NCBI GenBank assembly: GCA_951406725.2
Contig: OX597820.1
Span: 95,232,001-95,296,000, forward strand
DNA length: 64,000 bases
Source: Octopus vulgaris
Taxonomy: Eukaryota
Reading direction: 5' to 3'
Part shown: positions 34,621 through 47,685 of the stretch, piece by piece
Layout: every line of letters begins with the position of its first letter
How positions within the stretch are numbered: position 1 is the stretch's first letter
Made by a program: the position numbers and the translations under genes
The notes under the pieces: generated by a model
What the model was told of the DNA's origin: nothing
Database searches by the model: none
The model's input: only the letters and a program-made list of their open reading frames with translations

Positions 34621-35899
34621 TATATATTTATTGAAATGCTCGAAATAGTTGCATGCACAAATAAAAGGGATGGGTTTAAAATATTCGATTGAATATATTT
34701 TTGTATATTTAAGAAGTGGTATTTTGGAAAATAGATTTTTCCCAAACATTATTTCCGTATTTGTCAACGAGTAATTAAAAAAAAACACCCAACAAAAACT
34801 TTTTTCGAAATATTCCGAAAGATTGACCGCCATCTTCTTCAAGCATTACCAATCCACCTAAGGATGGGGGTGTCCTTCGTATAACAAACACTAAGCAGAT
34901 GACGTTTACTAGGCCTCAATGTAGTTGCTCGACATGCTAGAAATAATAGCAAAATCACTCTCAAACCATTCACGGGGGCTGAGTTGCAGTTATAAGTCTT
35001 CATAAATCCTTTTTCTCTCTCAGTTATTAAATCATTGAATTTTCATATCGGGATAAAGTGTGGTGGAGGCCGGGGCCAGGGTGCAGAACAAATTTAATTT
35101 CAATCGTGTAAAGTACGTTGACGGGTGGTGATGACGGGCCGAGTGGGTTTGCGAAATTTTGTCTCCAAAAATGCGGGTTACACATTTCGCAATGTGGAAT
35201 ACTTATAATATGACGAAAGCAAAAGTTAAGAGAGAGAAAAAAAAAAAAAAAGAGATCAGACGTTTAGAAAACATGAATTAGAAAGGTTTCCCCACATTGT
35301 TTTGAAATGCAGGAAACCAACAAACTGGGGAGGGAGGAATGGAGAAGGGTATTGAAATTTTGATATGCTATGTTTTTTTATTTGGCAAAATCGAAACTGT
35401 TGTTGTCGAATGCAAAAAAGAAGTAGGGGAAAATGTTCAATAACTCAAAGTTGGCTGTTATTTCTACCACATGTAAGATCATATCATGCACTGATTGGAA
35501 ATCACACCCAGATGCAGAAGTGAGCAAATATTGGTGTGGATGAGCGTGGGGGTAAGGAGACTGAATTGTTAGTACCCACCCTTTTACGCTTTTTCTTTCT
35601 TTCTATGGGTTCTTACATTTTCGACAACGGAGATTCTAATTATGCCAAAATCAGCATAGAACACTGCATCGGGAAACAAAAGATGCGATGGTGATCTGTA
35701 CTGAATGCAGGCACAACTTAAAAGTAAAACAGGTAAACTTGACATAATGTCATGTTACATACAGCTGGAATTTACGAAGGATAAACCTCGGCAATGTGTT
35801 TCAGAAATGTACAAAAATGCGGGAACGAAATTTGCTTAGTGGTTGCAAACCCAGGACGTTCCTAGCGTTTTCATTGCCCACTAAAATTTTAGAGTGTGC

Positions 35900-36285
35900 A
35901 AGCGCACCACCTGTTCCGGATCCTATGGGAATGTATAGAAATTCTGGAAACGATTCGTAAAATTCCCGGATCTGTTCATTGTAAATTGACTCGATCAGAG
36001 GACCACCTCATTTCCCCAATCGATCGGCTGATGTATTTTAGGCGTCTTTTGATACAAGATCAATAGGTCTCGATATGGTTAGTGCATGCCCCGGCGTAGA
36101 AATTCACGAAATCATTGGCATGATTCACTGTTCGGTGAATGTACATAAGTTGGTGGTGATTCCGATAACTGGCTCATTAATCAGTAAAAATTACCGTACC
36201 CGGCAAGACATTTTCCTTTTGACAGATTCTTAAGTGACTGTACTCCTGTCAGGTACGTAGTGAAGGGAACCTTTGTTGGTGGGGG
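35900..36285 (-). mobile_element. Merlin (IS1595/ISXO2-like DDE) transposase relic
   Basis: YVPDRS...NVLPGTVIFTD**ASY...YIHRTVNHANDFVN..GACTNHIETY*SCIKRRLK. Confidence 0.8.
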
Positions 36286-36300
36286 AATCATAACACATAT

Positions 36301-36493
36301 AACCTATATTTTTTTTTACACATTCTACCGACATTGTTCTTTTTGTCTGAATAACAAACTTTTAAATCTGTCTCCATTTCGAAAAGATCCAAAAAATGTT
36401 TTATTTTGACACATTCTACCAGTATACGAAGTTTAAAAGTGTTTAGTTGAATAGAAATTGTGTTGAAAACTGCCGTCCAAACCGAAAAGATCC
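36301..36493. mobile_element. Two tandem TIR ends of the foldback MITE family
   Basis: cacattctacc...AAAAGATCC ending at 36390 and 36493. The second closely matches 23220-23321. Confidence 0.75.
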
Positions 36494-36629
36494 GAGCTTT
36501 ATTATCCAGCTTCTTGGCTCTACACACTTTTCGGCAAACTAATCTGTAACCCTCCAAACTGCTGGTCCTGTGCCTAAATTAAAAGTCCATTTACTATGTC
36601 ACCGAGATATGCAGCCAACGAAACTGAAG

Positions 36630-36715
36630 GATTCAAAATATTTGCACTGCGCATGTCCACAATTACGATCAACCAATCAGAAGCTGTATTTCAAATTTGT
36701 GGCAAATTTAAATAT
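36630..36715 (+). promoter_or_regulatory. Putative G2/M-type promoter of the kinesin-14 gene
   Basis: TGCGCATG (NRF1-like) 36648, CCAAT 36673-36677, CHR-like TTCAAA at 36632 and 36690, TTTAAA 36707; CpG-retaining region about 100-170 nt before the ATG. Confidence 0.55.
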
Positions 36716-36800
36716 TTTCTCGCTGATTAATCTGTCAGGATCTTCATTCCATTACAATACGTGTTTTCTTAATTCATTTATTTGTGAAATATAAACCAAA

Positions 36801-36812
36801 ATGAATAGTCAG
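36801..36812 (+). CDS. KIFC1: Kinesin-14 exon 1 (MNSQ)
   Basis: caaaATG AAT AGT CAG|gtgaga, phase 0 fits exon 2, promoter motifs directly upstream. Confidence 0.65.
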
Positions 36813-37764
36813 GTGAGAATATTTATATTTTATGTGATTTCAGTTGTTTTAATTATTTCTGTCGAATATTTTCCGTTACATTTCTTTCAGTTTAATTATC
36901 ATTGTGGTTAGTTTACACGTTACTGAACAGCTAATTTGCTCTCTCTTGTGTATAGAATAAAATTTTAAGAAGCACCTATCATTATCATTACTTAATTTCT
37001 TATAAGATAATTAAGTCATTAATAGTGCCCGTCATTCTCACTTTGATCGATAACGTGCCTATTGCACAATAAACAATTATATTGTTTTTATATTATTGTT
37101 TGTTATGTTTATTGTGTACGGAAGATCCTCCTAAATGACTTGTAATATAATTTGGCCGTTAAGGCATCTTTATCGAAGTAAATGATCTCAATATTAATTG
37201 TAAATGAAAATATTTTGTACCGAAAAAACTTGTTGAAAATCTTGATGTAATATTTTAAAGAAGTGAACAAGAAGCTCTTTTAACATTTAGTTTGAGTATT
37301 TTGGTTAGTTAACTGATTATAACTATTTACCATTTTGAACTCGGTGAATCTCTTTGCGAGATATTCAAGATATTGGAATTTATTTTGGTAATATTTATCT
37401 TTTTATAATTTTAAATTGAATTTCTGTTTAGATCTACCCCGTAGTGATTCACGTTTCATTGGGTGGTGGTGGTGGTGTGTGAATATATACTCTTTTACTC
37501 TTGTTTCATTCATTTGACTGTGGCCATGCTGGAGCACCGCATTTAGTCGAACAAATCGACCCCAGGACTGTAAGCCTAGTACTTATTCTATCGATTTTTT
37601 TTGACAGCTGCTAGGTTACGGGGACGTAAACACACCAGCATCGGTTGTCAAGCGATGTTGGGGGGACAAACACAGACACGACGAAAAAAAATTAGCAAAA
37701 AGTTAACAGTCGGATTTAAATATTATTTACGCCTGCGCTAAATATGACCTATGTGCAAAGGAAT

Positions 37765-37849
37765 GGCAGAGGTAAAGAATATGCACATCTCCCGTTTTCG
37801 GCGTAACAAAAACCCTAACCATCTGGTGTTCGTATTCTTTACCCTCGCC
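37765..37849. mobile_element. 85-bp MITE with 8-bp TSD, Merlin-type
   Basis: GG...CC ends, ~25 bp TIRs, TSD AAAGGAAT at 37757-37764 and 37850-37857, internal ccctaacc. Confidence 0.85.
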
Positions 37850-38989
37850 AAAGGAATTCCAACACGACATACACAAACCCATATCTCGATTAGTTGTACT
37901 CAACACTGTTTAATACAGTTTATAATTAGTTATTGTGAATGTGCAGAAAATGGATCGGACCTTTTCGTTTTGTAAACATTTCTGGGCATCCAGAATTTTC
38001 TATTTGTTCACGTAGCAGAATCAGAGTGCTGGTCAAAATGACTGACGGTTATCATTCCTTCAGTTCAAATCCTCACAGGGTCGATTTCTCCCGGGGACCA
38101 TACAATAAGTACCAGCCATATATTGTAGTCGAGTGAACGAACCATATTTTTGACCGCACCCCATATATGTGGATTTGCATCATAAATCATTATTGTTGGT
38201 AAAATGTTTACTAATCTTAAAATAATCGTTTCCTTCTTACTGTATTTCAAAATTTCTGACAGCTGGGGGAACTGGCGGTAGATAGGGGGGCGCATGGCTC
38301 GCACTAACCATCATACAAGGCAATGCTTTATAAGTCTCCTCTCAACAATGACTTTTAAATACAAACGGTATCAACGAAACAAAACACTAAAAAATCAAAA
38401 AAACACATTTTAGCTTTGGGCGGAATTCTGGTTTTACGCTTTCTATAGTTAAGTAAAGAACGAGCATCATGCAATTCTTATCAGCTTATATTTGTGGCAG
38501 TGGGATGGTAGATATTGGATTATTTCCTATTTTAGTAACGTGTCTAAATGATTCAGAAGTTGTTTTTTTTTTTAAAAAAAAAAGATGAAATAGATCAACA
38601 AATGAGAAGCTGCTCTCCGAATACGGAATACAACGGCGAATCTTATATTCATGTTCAAATCTTTCCCATTGTGTTTGAGAACGAATGGATACATTAAAAA
38701 GTACATAATTTTCTGTGTATAAACTCTGTATTTAGTTTATATATACATGGGACATACTACAAAAATATAACTGTTTCAGCATCATCATCGTTTAACGTCC
38801 GTTTTCCATGCTAGCATGGGTTGGACAACCTATTATACGAAGTAAAACCAGCATTCCAACCGCTCTCATCTAGTCAGATTATTTTGAAAAAAAAATGATA
38901 TAAAGACTATATTTCTACATTCTATAAATTGTATAAATATTTAACGATTTATTCATTCACACACACACACACACACATATATATATAAC

Positions 38990-39530
38990 GAGGTGGTCAA
39001 GCATGACCTTTGTACTTTGAGTCTCACAGAGGCTATGACGAAAGACTGAGACCTCTGGAGATATGTTTTGACTTCGAAGACCCGACAACTGAAGTGAGTT
39101 CTTGGTTCGCAGAACGGCCTGCTGTGCTAGCCTTGGACCCGCTGTTCTTGAGGAGACCTATTGAGTCAAGTACATCAAAATAAAAATTCAAATGGAAATT
39201 GTAGTTAAGACACCCGTACCGGTGACACGTAAAAAGCACCGTCCGAACGTGGCAGATGCCAGCGCCGCCTGACTGGCGTCCGTGTCGGTGACACGTAAAA
39301 GCACCAACCGATCGTGGCCGTTTGCCAGCCTGCTCTGGCCCCTGTGCTGGTGGCTCGTAAAAAAGCACCCACTACACTCACGGAGTGGTTGGCGTTGGGA
39401 AGGGCATCCAGCTGTAGAAACTCTGCCAAATCAAACTGGAGTCTGGTGCAGCCTCCATGGCTTACCAGACCCTGGTCGAACCGTCCAACCCATGCTAGCA
39501 TGGAAAACGGACGTTAAGTGATGATGATGA
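38990..39530 (+). mobile_element. RTE LINE 3' end
   Basis: DEVVKHDL-like end, tandem UTR units, (GAT)n tail. Confidence 0.85.
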
Positions 39531-39559
39531 TATGAGTGTAACTGGTTTAGTAGTATCAT

Positions 39560-40560
39560 TGTGACTGCTACGAGAACAAAGGAGATATATTAGAGCAAGG
39601 AAATTTACAAAGCATCAAATTTTTGGACAAATTTTCGATCACTTGTGATCAGGAGTGGAATTAACTTAGATGAGATGCAATTGGGCTTTATGGCTGGAAG
39701 AGGCACCACAGTTATCATCCTTGCAGGAAAAATACTTAGCTAAGAGTTAGCCTCTTTACCTAGCATTTTTTAGCTTCAACAAGGACTTTGACAGGATGTC
39801 ATGCTCTGTATTTGGCTCATCACATAGGCAATTAAGTGCAGATAAATGGCTTTGTGAGGGCTGTACAAGCTATGTATAAAGATGCTGTTGGCAAAGTGAG
39901 TGTCAGTGATGAGTTTAGTGACATATTTAGTATAAAGGTATGTGTCCGGCAGGGTTCATTCCTCAGCCCCTCTTATTCATCATAGTTGTACAGGCCTCAC
40001 TAGGGAGTTCCATCATCATAGTTTAACGTCCGCTTTCCATGCTAGCATGGGTTGGACGGTCCAAGATTGATTAATCGTGTTTCTTTTATGTGCTGATAAT
40101 CTGGTTTTCATAACTGAATCTGTTGTGTGTTGAGAAGTGAAAACCTGGCATCAAAAGGCCTTAAGGTAAACTTAGTAAAAACTAAAGTGTTTGTAACAAA
40201 ATTGACAGGACTTTAGTCCCATGAGGAATATGGTCTTGCTAAATGAAAAAAAAGGACGGAAACCTTTTTATGGAAAAAATTATATGCAGAAAAGGAGTAT
40301 GTAGAAACTTCATATTGTTGTACTCAGTGTTAGCTGTGGATAGACATGAGATGACAGGTTAACCACACAAGGTAGACTTTGTGCGAGGCAGATGCACTAG
40401 AGAAATAAAAGCTGAGAGCGCACTGGAGATAGATTCTCTTAGATACCTGGCAGGTTCACTAGAAGTAGTTGATAGCTAAGTGCCATAATTAGCAGTGATG
40501 GTTGTGGTTCCAAAAGTATAGTCACTTGGGTAAGAACAGGATTGTTAAGGTTCGTGGAAG
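39560..40560 (+). mobile_element. Old degenerate RTE RT fragment
   Basis: FMAGRGTT, DFDR, QGSFLSP, ADN remnants collinear with 16075-16920. Confidence 0.75.
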
Positions 40561-40659
40561 CAGTATTAGTACAAAAAGGCAATCTTTTATATCCATCTTA
40601 ACATGGATGTCTTGTTAGAAAGATGAATACTGCCATTGTTTTTGTCACTAATAATCATT

Positions 40660-40885
40660 TACTCTTTACTCTCTTTACTTGTTTCAGTCATTTAACTGCG
40701 GCCATGCTGGAGCACCGCCTTTAATCGAGCAACTCGTCCCCGGGACTTATTCTTTTGTAAGCCCAGTACTTATTCTATCGGTTTCTTTTGCCGAACCGCT
40801 AAGTGACGGGGACATAAACACACCAGCATCAGTTGTCAAGCAATGCTAGGGGGACAAACACAGGCACACAAACATACACGCACAT

Positions 40886-40942
<57 letters not shown>

Positions 40943-41108
40943 TACGACGGGCTTCTTTCAGTTTCCATCGACCAAATCCACTAACAAGGGTTTGGTCGGC
41001 CTGAGGCTATAGTAGAAGACACTTGCCCAAGGTGCCACACAGTGGGACTGAACCCGGAACCATGTGGTTGGTAAACAAGCTACTTACCACACAGCCACTC
41101 CTGCGCCT
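40660..41108 (-). mobile_element. SINE family A
   Basis: Reverse complement of 48155-48547. Confidence 0.9.
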
Positions 41109-41379
41109 ATTTCTTAATCTATTTGCAATGTCTGTGGAAAGACACTGGTAATATATCATGGTAGCGAGATTTGGCTGTTACTGAACTTACATACACTGTC
41201 ATATCTCACATGCTTGAACCCAATCTTATCTACCTCTTGTTCACCTTCCCCACTTCAGTCATCTATCACTCATACTTGTTTATCTCATCTCCCTTCTACC
41301 TGTGGTACTTACTAATGATAAATGGTCCTCTCCACATCTTCATCCTCATCATTCTCCCTCCTACATCTTTCACTAAGCT

Positions 41380-42372
41380 TAGTGATGTAAAGGAAGAAAA
41401 AAGACGGAAGCGAAGAGAGAATTACTGTAGTCATACCTGTCGGTCCAGAAAAAGGGTCACTTTCAACATCCATGTGCTGTCTTGATCTCCAAGGTTCACT
41501 CCACGTCGCTGTACAGTCTCACATGTCCGCTCTGATGTGCTGTCCACTGCCAACTGGCACCTCGTGCTTTTCTGTTGCTGCATGTCCACCACTGCACTTC
41601 CGGTGGGATCCACAGGCCCCACTTCCAACAGGACATGCCTACCCCCTCACTTCCGATCCTTCCCTACAACACAGCCTGGCTCATACCCCCCCCCGATCTG
41701 AAGATCATTCAACCAACCTGCCCATGCCCTCTTCTTGACCCCGACCACATACCTTATCTTGTCTTATAATCAGCCAACCAGTGAGGCAGGTGGCGCTCCC
41801 TCTGTGGGACTTCAAGACTGGCCTCAGCTCCCAGCATGTTCCTGCTGGCTTCATCCTCTTGTCCATTCCTGTTGGCCCCATCCTCTGTCACAGTGATGAT
41901 CCTGTGCACATCCAAAACATGTCTTGGCATGCCATCTACGGATACATTTTTCCCCAAATTCACAAAGGTTATTGTCCCCCTTCCCCACTGTGATGTACAC
42001 TGCACATTTGAGGGCTTAACCCAGACTTCTTCTCCGACCTGCACAAAGGCATGCTCTTTCTCTTTTGCAGGATGCGGCAATGCAGTACATGGATGTCTTC
42101 ACTTGTACTTGAATATTGCCCTGTGTGACACCTACTCCTCAGCCTGTCCTGTCCTGGGTGACATATTATACCAAAAAATGGCCTCGACCAGTGAGATGTG
42201 GCCCCTCCCTGCTATGGTCTTGATGGTACGATGATGCCTCTCTACAACCCCATTGCCACTTGGCCTGTATGCCGCCCTGAAGAAACGGCTGACATGTCAC
42301 TTGTCGAGCATTTCCCCCAGCACCTCCATGCGAAACGCACTGCCATTGTCCACAAGCAGCTCATCCACAGGA
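41380..42372 (-). mobile_element. Gypsy fragment: integrase C-terminus, PPT and 3' LTR (related family, different LTR)
   Basis: VWVKPSNVQCTSQWGRGT...VSVDGMPRHVLD...PQRERHLPHWLADY parallels 24317-24940. C-run PPT 41686-41694. Confidence 0.9.
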
Positions 42373-43117
42373 TGATCCTAGATATGCAAAATACAACCTG
42401 TCTCATCACAAGTTTGCATGCACAAGGGACAGACTGAAGTTAGCTATTTACTAGAGTGCTTGAAGTTAAGTCTTGACAAAAATTGGAGTTTATGGCCAAC
42501 CCAATAGATGACAAATAAGTGGAGAAAGCACAGGGTTTTGAGATCTCTTTATTCTTATCTTAGGACTTAATAACCTTTCTAATGGTAATTACACCATGAG
42601 AAAATGCATGTAGTACTCTTTGTAATGTGGTTGATAAGGTTGACATCCAGCCATAAAAACCAAGTTATATGGCATGCATAAACACCTAAACACCAGTCTG
42701 TTAGAGCAGCAGCTTCCCAAAAAAACTTTGTATTGTAATGCCTTGTCCAACCTATGCCAGCATGGAAAGTGGATGTAAAAATGATGTTCGTGTTTTGTCA
42801 TATATGTATATATATGAGTGACCTAGTGGTTCGGGTGTTGCACTCATAATTTCAAGATTATACTTTCAATTCCTGAAGTGATTGGTGCATTGCATTCTTG
42901 AGAAAATCAAAACACTTCATTTCACGTTGCTCTTTGAATGCTTAAACATCCATGCAGCTATACAGGTAATGTGTATATACACACTCAATGTGTGGGTGCT
43001 ACTTTAGCATGCAGTCTGCTACAATATCCATAGTCTACACTGGGAAATAACCTGATCTGGGTTAGGATTAAGGTTAGGGTTAAACTGTACACTAAAGAGG
43101 AATCACTGTTTGTGTGT

Positions 43118-44022
43118 ATGACTGGGCTGTGACCGCTGAAGATTTCCGCAGGCTTGAAAGAAATGAAGCTAGTGTGCTTCGCTGGATGTGTAATGTTAGT
43201 GTGCATGTACAAGAGAGTGTTAGTGTCTTGAGAGAAAAGTTGGGCATAAGAGGCATCAGATGTGGTGTGCAAGAGAGATAACTGTGTTGGTATGGTTATG
43301 TGATGCATATAGACGAGGAAAGCTGTGTAAAGAAGTGCCAATCTTTAACTATGGAAGGAACCTATGGAAGAGGTAGTGCTAGAAAGATATGGGATGAGGT
43401 GGTGAAGCATGATCTTCTAATGTTGGGCCTCATGGAGGTGATGACAAGTGACTGAGGCCTCTGGCGATATGCCGTGTGTGATAAGGCTCATCAGGCCAAG
43501 TGAAATAGTAGTTGTGGCCATGCAAATGGCACCTGTAAGTCATAGTTTTGGTTGCTACTGGTGCCATGTAAATGACACCTGTGAAATTGAAGTTGAGCTG
43601 TTGCTGGTGCTTTGTAAATGGTACCTGTGAATCATTGTCATTGACGGTGTCAGGTAAGCGGTACCTATGAATCATAATTCTGGTCGTTGATAGTGCCATG
43701 CAAATGGCACCCATGAATTGTTGTTGTGATCGATGCCAGTACCATGTAAAGGGTACGCATGAAGTGTTGTGGTGGTCATTGCTGGTGCCATATAAACGGC
43801 ACCCGTGAATTGTAGTCGTAGTTGTTGCCAGTGTCATGTAGATGGCTGGTGGCACATAAAAGCACCCATTTCACTCCTTGAGTGGTTGGTGTTAGGAAGG
43901 GCATCCAGCTGTAGAAACCTTGCCAAATCAAACTGGAACCTAGCGCAGCTCTCCAGCTTATCAGCTCCAGTCAAATTGTCTAACCCATGCCAGCATAGAT
44001 AGTGGATGTTAAAATGATGATG
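43118..44022 (+). mobile_element. RTE LINE 3' end, older subfamily with shorter UTR repeats
   Basis: WAVTAED...RWMCNVS...WDEVVKHDL, then repeated gtgccatgtaaatggcacc units and a (GAT)n tail. Confidence 0.85.
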
Positions 44023-44728
44023 TATTGAAATTAGTAAGATTACAAATTTAATTGTGAATCAGTATTTTCATTTATTAAAGATGTTTCTGCCAAGGATCAC
44101 TATGCAGGCACAAGGACTGAAATTTTCTGTGAAGGGGCAAGTTGATTGCATCAATCTAAATGCTCATCATCATCATTGTTTAACATCTGCCTTCCTTGCT
44201 GGCATGGGTTGGACGTTTTTACAGGAGCTGGCAAGGTAGGAGCCTGCATCAGACTTCTGTGTCTGTTTTGGCAGGGTTTTTACAGCTGGATACCCTTCCT
44301 AACACCAACCACTCAGCAGAGTTGACTGAGTGGTTTTTACATGGCTCCAGCAAAGGCAAGGTTTTTACGGCTGGATGCTTTTTTATGTGGCATCTGCACT
44401 GGCAGGATTGCCAAGTGACTTGCATGACAAAGATCCTTCGGCTGATACTTATTTTATCAACTCTGAAAGGATGAGAGACAAAGTTGACCTTGACAGAATT
44501 TGAACTCCCGATGTAAAGCCAGAAGAAATATCATTAAGCTTTTTGTCTGGTATGATGATTCTGTCAGCTTGCTTAGTACTAAAAAGGGATAGTCAATAAA
44601 TGCAGTAATGACAACAGTAATTTATATGTTTTATTTAAGTTTTTATCACATTTATTTTTCTTGGTGTCTTTGTCAAATTATTCTCATTAAAACATGCTAA
44701 AAAAAAAATTATGATTTTTTTGTTTCAG

Positions 44729-44818
44729 CGCAAAGTCCTGGCTGATACAGCAAACTGTTCCAGCAAGTTGCCCAAGTTAACACCAAAGTTAACAAAAAGA
44801 AAAAGCAGCCTAAATGAG
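44729..44818 (+). CDS. KIFC1: Kinesin-14 exon 2 (D-box, SKLP, first half of NLS)
   Basis: tttcag| RKVLADTANCSSKLPKLTPKLTKRKSSLNE |gtaatt, phase 0/0. Confidence 0.8.
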
Positions 44819-46009
44819 GTAATTAAAATAGTTATTTACTTAAATCTAATAATAAGTTTTAGATTCTATTGTTTTTTAATCAACTGTTATTTTACTGAGG
44901 AAGAGCATATTAGAATGTTGAATTGTGTTCTAAAACTCAGTATTGTTTTAGATCTTCCCAAAATTTTAATTATCTATAATATCTATTGAAATGTAGAAGT
45001 AGCAATAGTACTAGTAATAGTAGTATTTACTGAAATAGTTTTGTATAATGGCTTTATGTATTTTTTTTTTCTGGTTAGTCACATCTATTGTGTATTTTTC
45101 TTTGTGCTGAGAACCCAGGACCGACATTGTCCAGTATGCTCTAATCTAAGTTGAAGTGTGATTTGAAGGAAATTTGGTTGCTGTTTCTAGCAAATTGACA
45201 GTCATTAGAACATAGGGCAAAATACCTTTTCATACTTGTTCCTTCTCTCAGAGTTTCAATTCTACTGAGCTCAACTTTAACTTTAGTCCTTGAGGGTCCA
45301 CACAGACACCTCTTCCCTGCTCCACCCCTATCACCCTCCATCCTCTCATCTAAAAACATGAATAGTCATGTGAAGTAATGGGGCTTAGTGATTAAGGTAT
45401 TCAGCTCACAGTTGTGAGTTCAATTCCTAGTGGTGTGTTATATCTTTAATTTCACATTGCTCTAGTCCTCTCACCTTGTGCAAGTGCACAGTAGCTGTAA
45501 TTTAAAAGGGCCAGCCTTGTCTTATTCTATGCCACACTGAATCCCCATGACAACAATATTAAGGGTACATGTGTCTGTGGAGTGCCGATGTTAATTTCAC
45601 ATGCAGGGTGATCCATTAATCAGATCACCTGGAACCCTTGTTATTGTAGCCATGGAGTGCCTGCCATATAGTCCCTCTACAACAAGAGACCTGTTCTGCT
45701 CTTGCCTCTTCTCTTATACTTTTACCCCTTGTCTCCTTGCATAAAGCTTCTCCCTCAGGACTTGTAGTTTTGCAAGCTGCATGGCGACCCCACTAGTGTT
45801 GGTGGTTTGGAAAATGCACTCATTACACTTTGTGAAGTGGCGTTGAGAAGGGCATCATGCTATAGAAACCATGCCATGGGCTTATTGGATCCTGTCAAAC
45901 AGTTTAACCCATGCCTGCATGGAATATGGACATAAAATGATGATGACTATGATGATAATTTTAGTGTCAGTAAAATAAAATACATTAATGTCTTAACATA
46001 AAAAGAAAA

Positions 46010-46321
46010 AGGCATAACATTCGAGTGAGGTCGTTGCCAGTGCCGCTGGACTGGCTCCTGTGCAGGTGGAATGTAAAAAACACCATTTGAGCATGGCCGT
46101 TGCCAGTACCGCCTGACTGGCCCTCGTGCCAGTGGCATGTAAAAGCACCCACTACACTCTCGGAATGGTTGGCATTAGAAAGGGCATCCAGCTGTAGAAA
46201 CTGCCAGATCAACTTTGGAGCCTGGTGCAGCCATCTGGTTCGCCAATCCTCAGCCAAATCGTCCAACCCATGCTGGCATGGAAAGCGGATGTTAATCGAT
46301 GATGATGATGATGATGATGAT
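46010..46321 (+). mobile_element. RTE 3' UTR copy (others at 15680, 47020, 49190, 52625, 56505; minus copy at 44165)
   Basis: gttggcattagaaagggcatccagctgtagaaac...(GAT)n. Confidence 0.85.
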
Positions 46322-46571
46322 ATGGTTTTGCACTATGACAAACAGCATTTTTGCTGTCTTTTAAACTCTGCTGAGCTCAACTTTGTCTTTCATCCTTTTA
46401 GGGTCAATGAAATAAAGTAGAGCCTTAAAAAAAGAGCATGTGGGATAACATTGTCTTGCATACACTGCATGGAAAAAAAATGTGTTTGTCATAGGTTATA
46501 TACCTTTGATCATCATAGGTTCTGTATACCTTTGTTCATTGGGCTGACTCGGGAGTGAGAAAATGTCTTAA

Positions 46572-46790
46572 CCCTTTAGTATTTAAACCGGCCATATCCG
46601 GCCAAAATAGCTAATCTGTTTTATGTTCAAACTGACCAGATCCAGGCTCTCACACCTACCCTATAATGTTATTCTACATTAAGTAATTACACCATCAAGA
46701 TCTTGAAGATATGAGATAATGCATGATTAATTCAAATTAATGGGAATCAATAAGCATTATGTTTGATAGAATAATCTGAACACTAAAGGG
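46572..46790. mobile_element. piggyBac-type MITE
   Basis: TTAA-CCCTTTAGT...ACTAAAGGG-TTAA. Confidence 0.85.
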
Positions 46791-47685
46791 TTAATCATCA
46801 ATTTTTTAAACTTGTATTAGTTTAGAAAATTTATCAAAAGATGTAGGCATGGCTGTGTGGTGAAAAGCTTATTTACCATTCACATGGTTTTGGTTTCAGT
46901 CCCATTGCATGGCACCTTGGGCAAGCATCTTCTGCTACAGCACTAGGCCAACCAAAGCCTTGCGAGTGGATTTGGTAGACATAAACTGAAAGAAGCTTGT
47001 TGTATATGTGTGTGTATGTGTGCCAAGAGCACCATCCGAGTGTGATCGTTGCCAGAGCAGCCAACTGGCTTCCGTGCCAGTGGCACATAAAAGGTCACCA
47101 TTCGAGCATGATCATTACCAAAGTTGCCTTACTGGCACCTGTGCTGGTGGCATGTGTAAAAGGATTCAAGCGAGGTCATTGCCAGTACCGCCTGACTGGC
47201 CCCCGTGCAGGTGGCACGTAAAAAGCACCCACTACACTCTGAGTGGTTGGCATTAGGAAGGGCATCCAGCTGTAGAAACTCTGCCAAATCAAGATTGGAG
47301 CCTGGTGCAGTCATCTCGTTCACCAGCCCTCAGTCAAAATCGTCCAACCCATGCTAGTATGGAAAGCGGACGTTAAACGATAATGATGATATGTGTGTCA
47401 TACTGTTATCTTCCTTTGTCATCACATGATATATGTAAACAAGTTTCACCATCACACAAGTAGTTTCCTTCATTTCCAATCTTCTGTAAAAACATGACTA
47501 CTCGCAAGGAAATATTACCTTAATTGGAAATGGTTGAGGCTTGGTGATTGGAAGGGCATCTGATTGTAGAAAATCTTCTTCAGCAAATTCTGTCTGATTT
47601 ATGCAAGCATGAAGAAGTGGTTGTTAAAATGATGATGATTCTTAGAAATAAATAAACGTTTCATTGAATATTTCTCTTTGACTAG

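Noticed and set aside
35965-36225. 7SK-like RNA (paired GATC motifs, CGGCTGAT)
   Set aside because: Internal TTTT runs would stop Pol III, and the opposite strand explains the region as a Merlin transposase relic.
36226-36252. 27-nt microexon (gacag|...cag|gtacgt) upstream of KIFC1
   Set aside because: Lies antisense within the transposase relic, upstream of the promoter motifs, with no partner exon evident.
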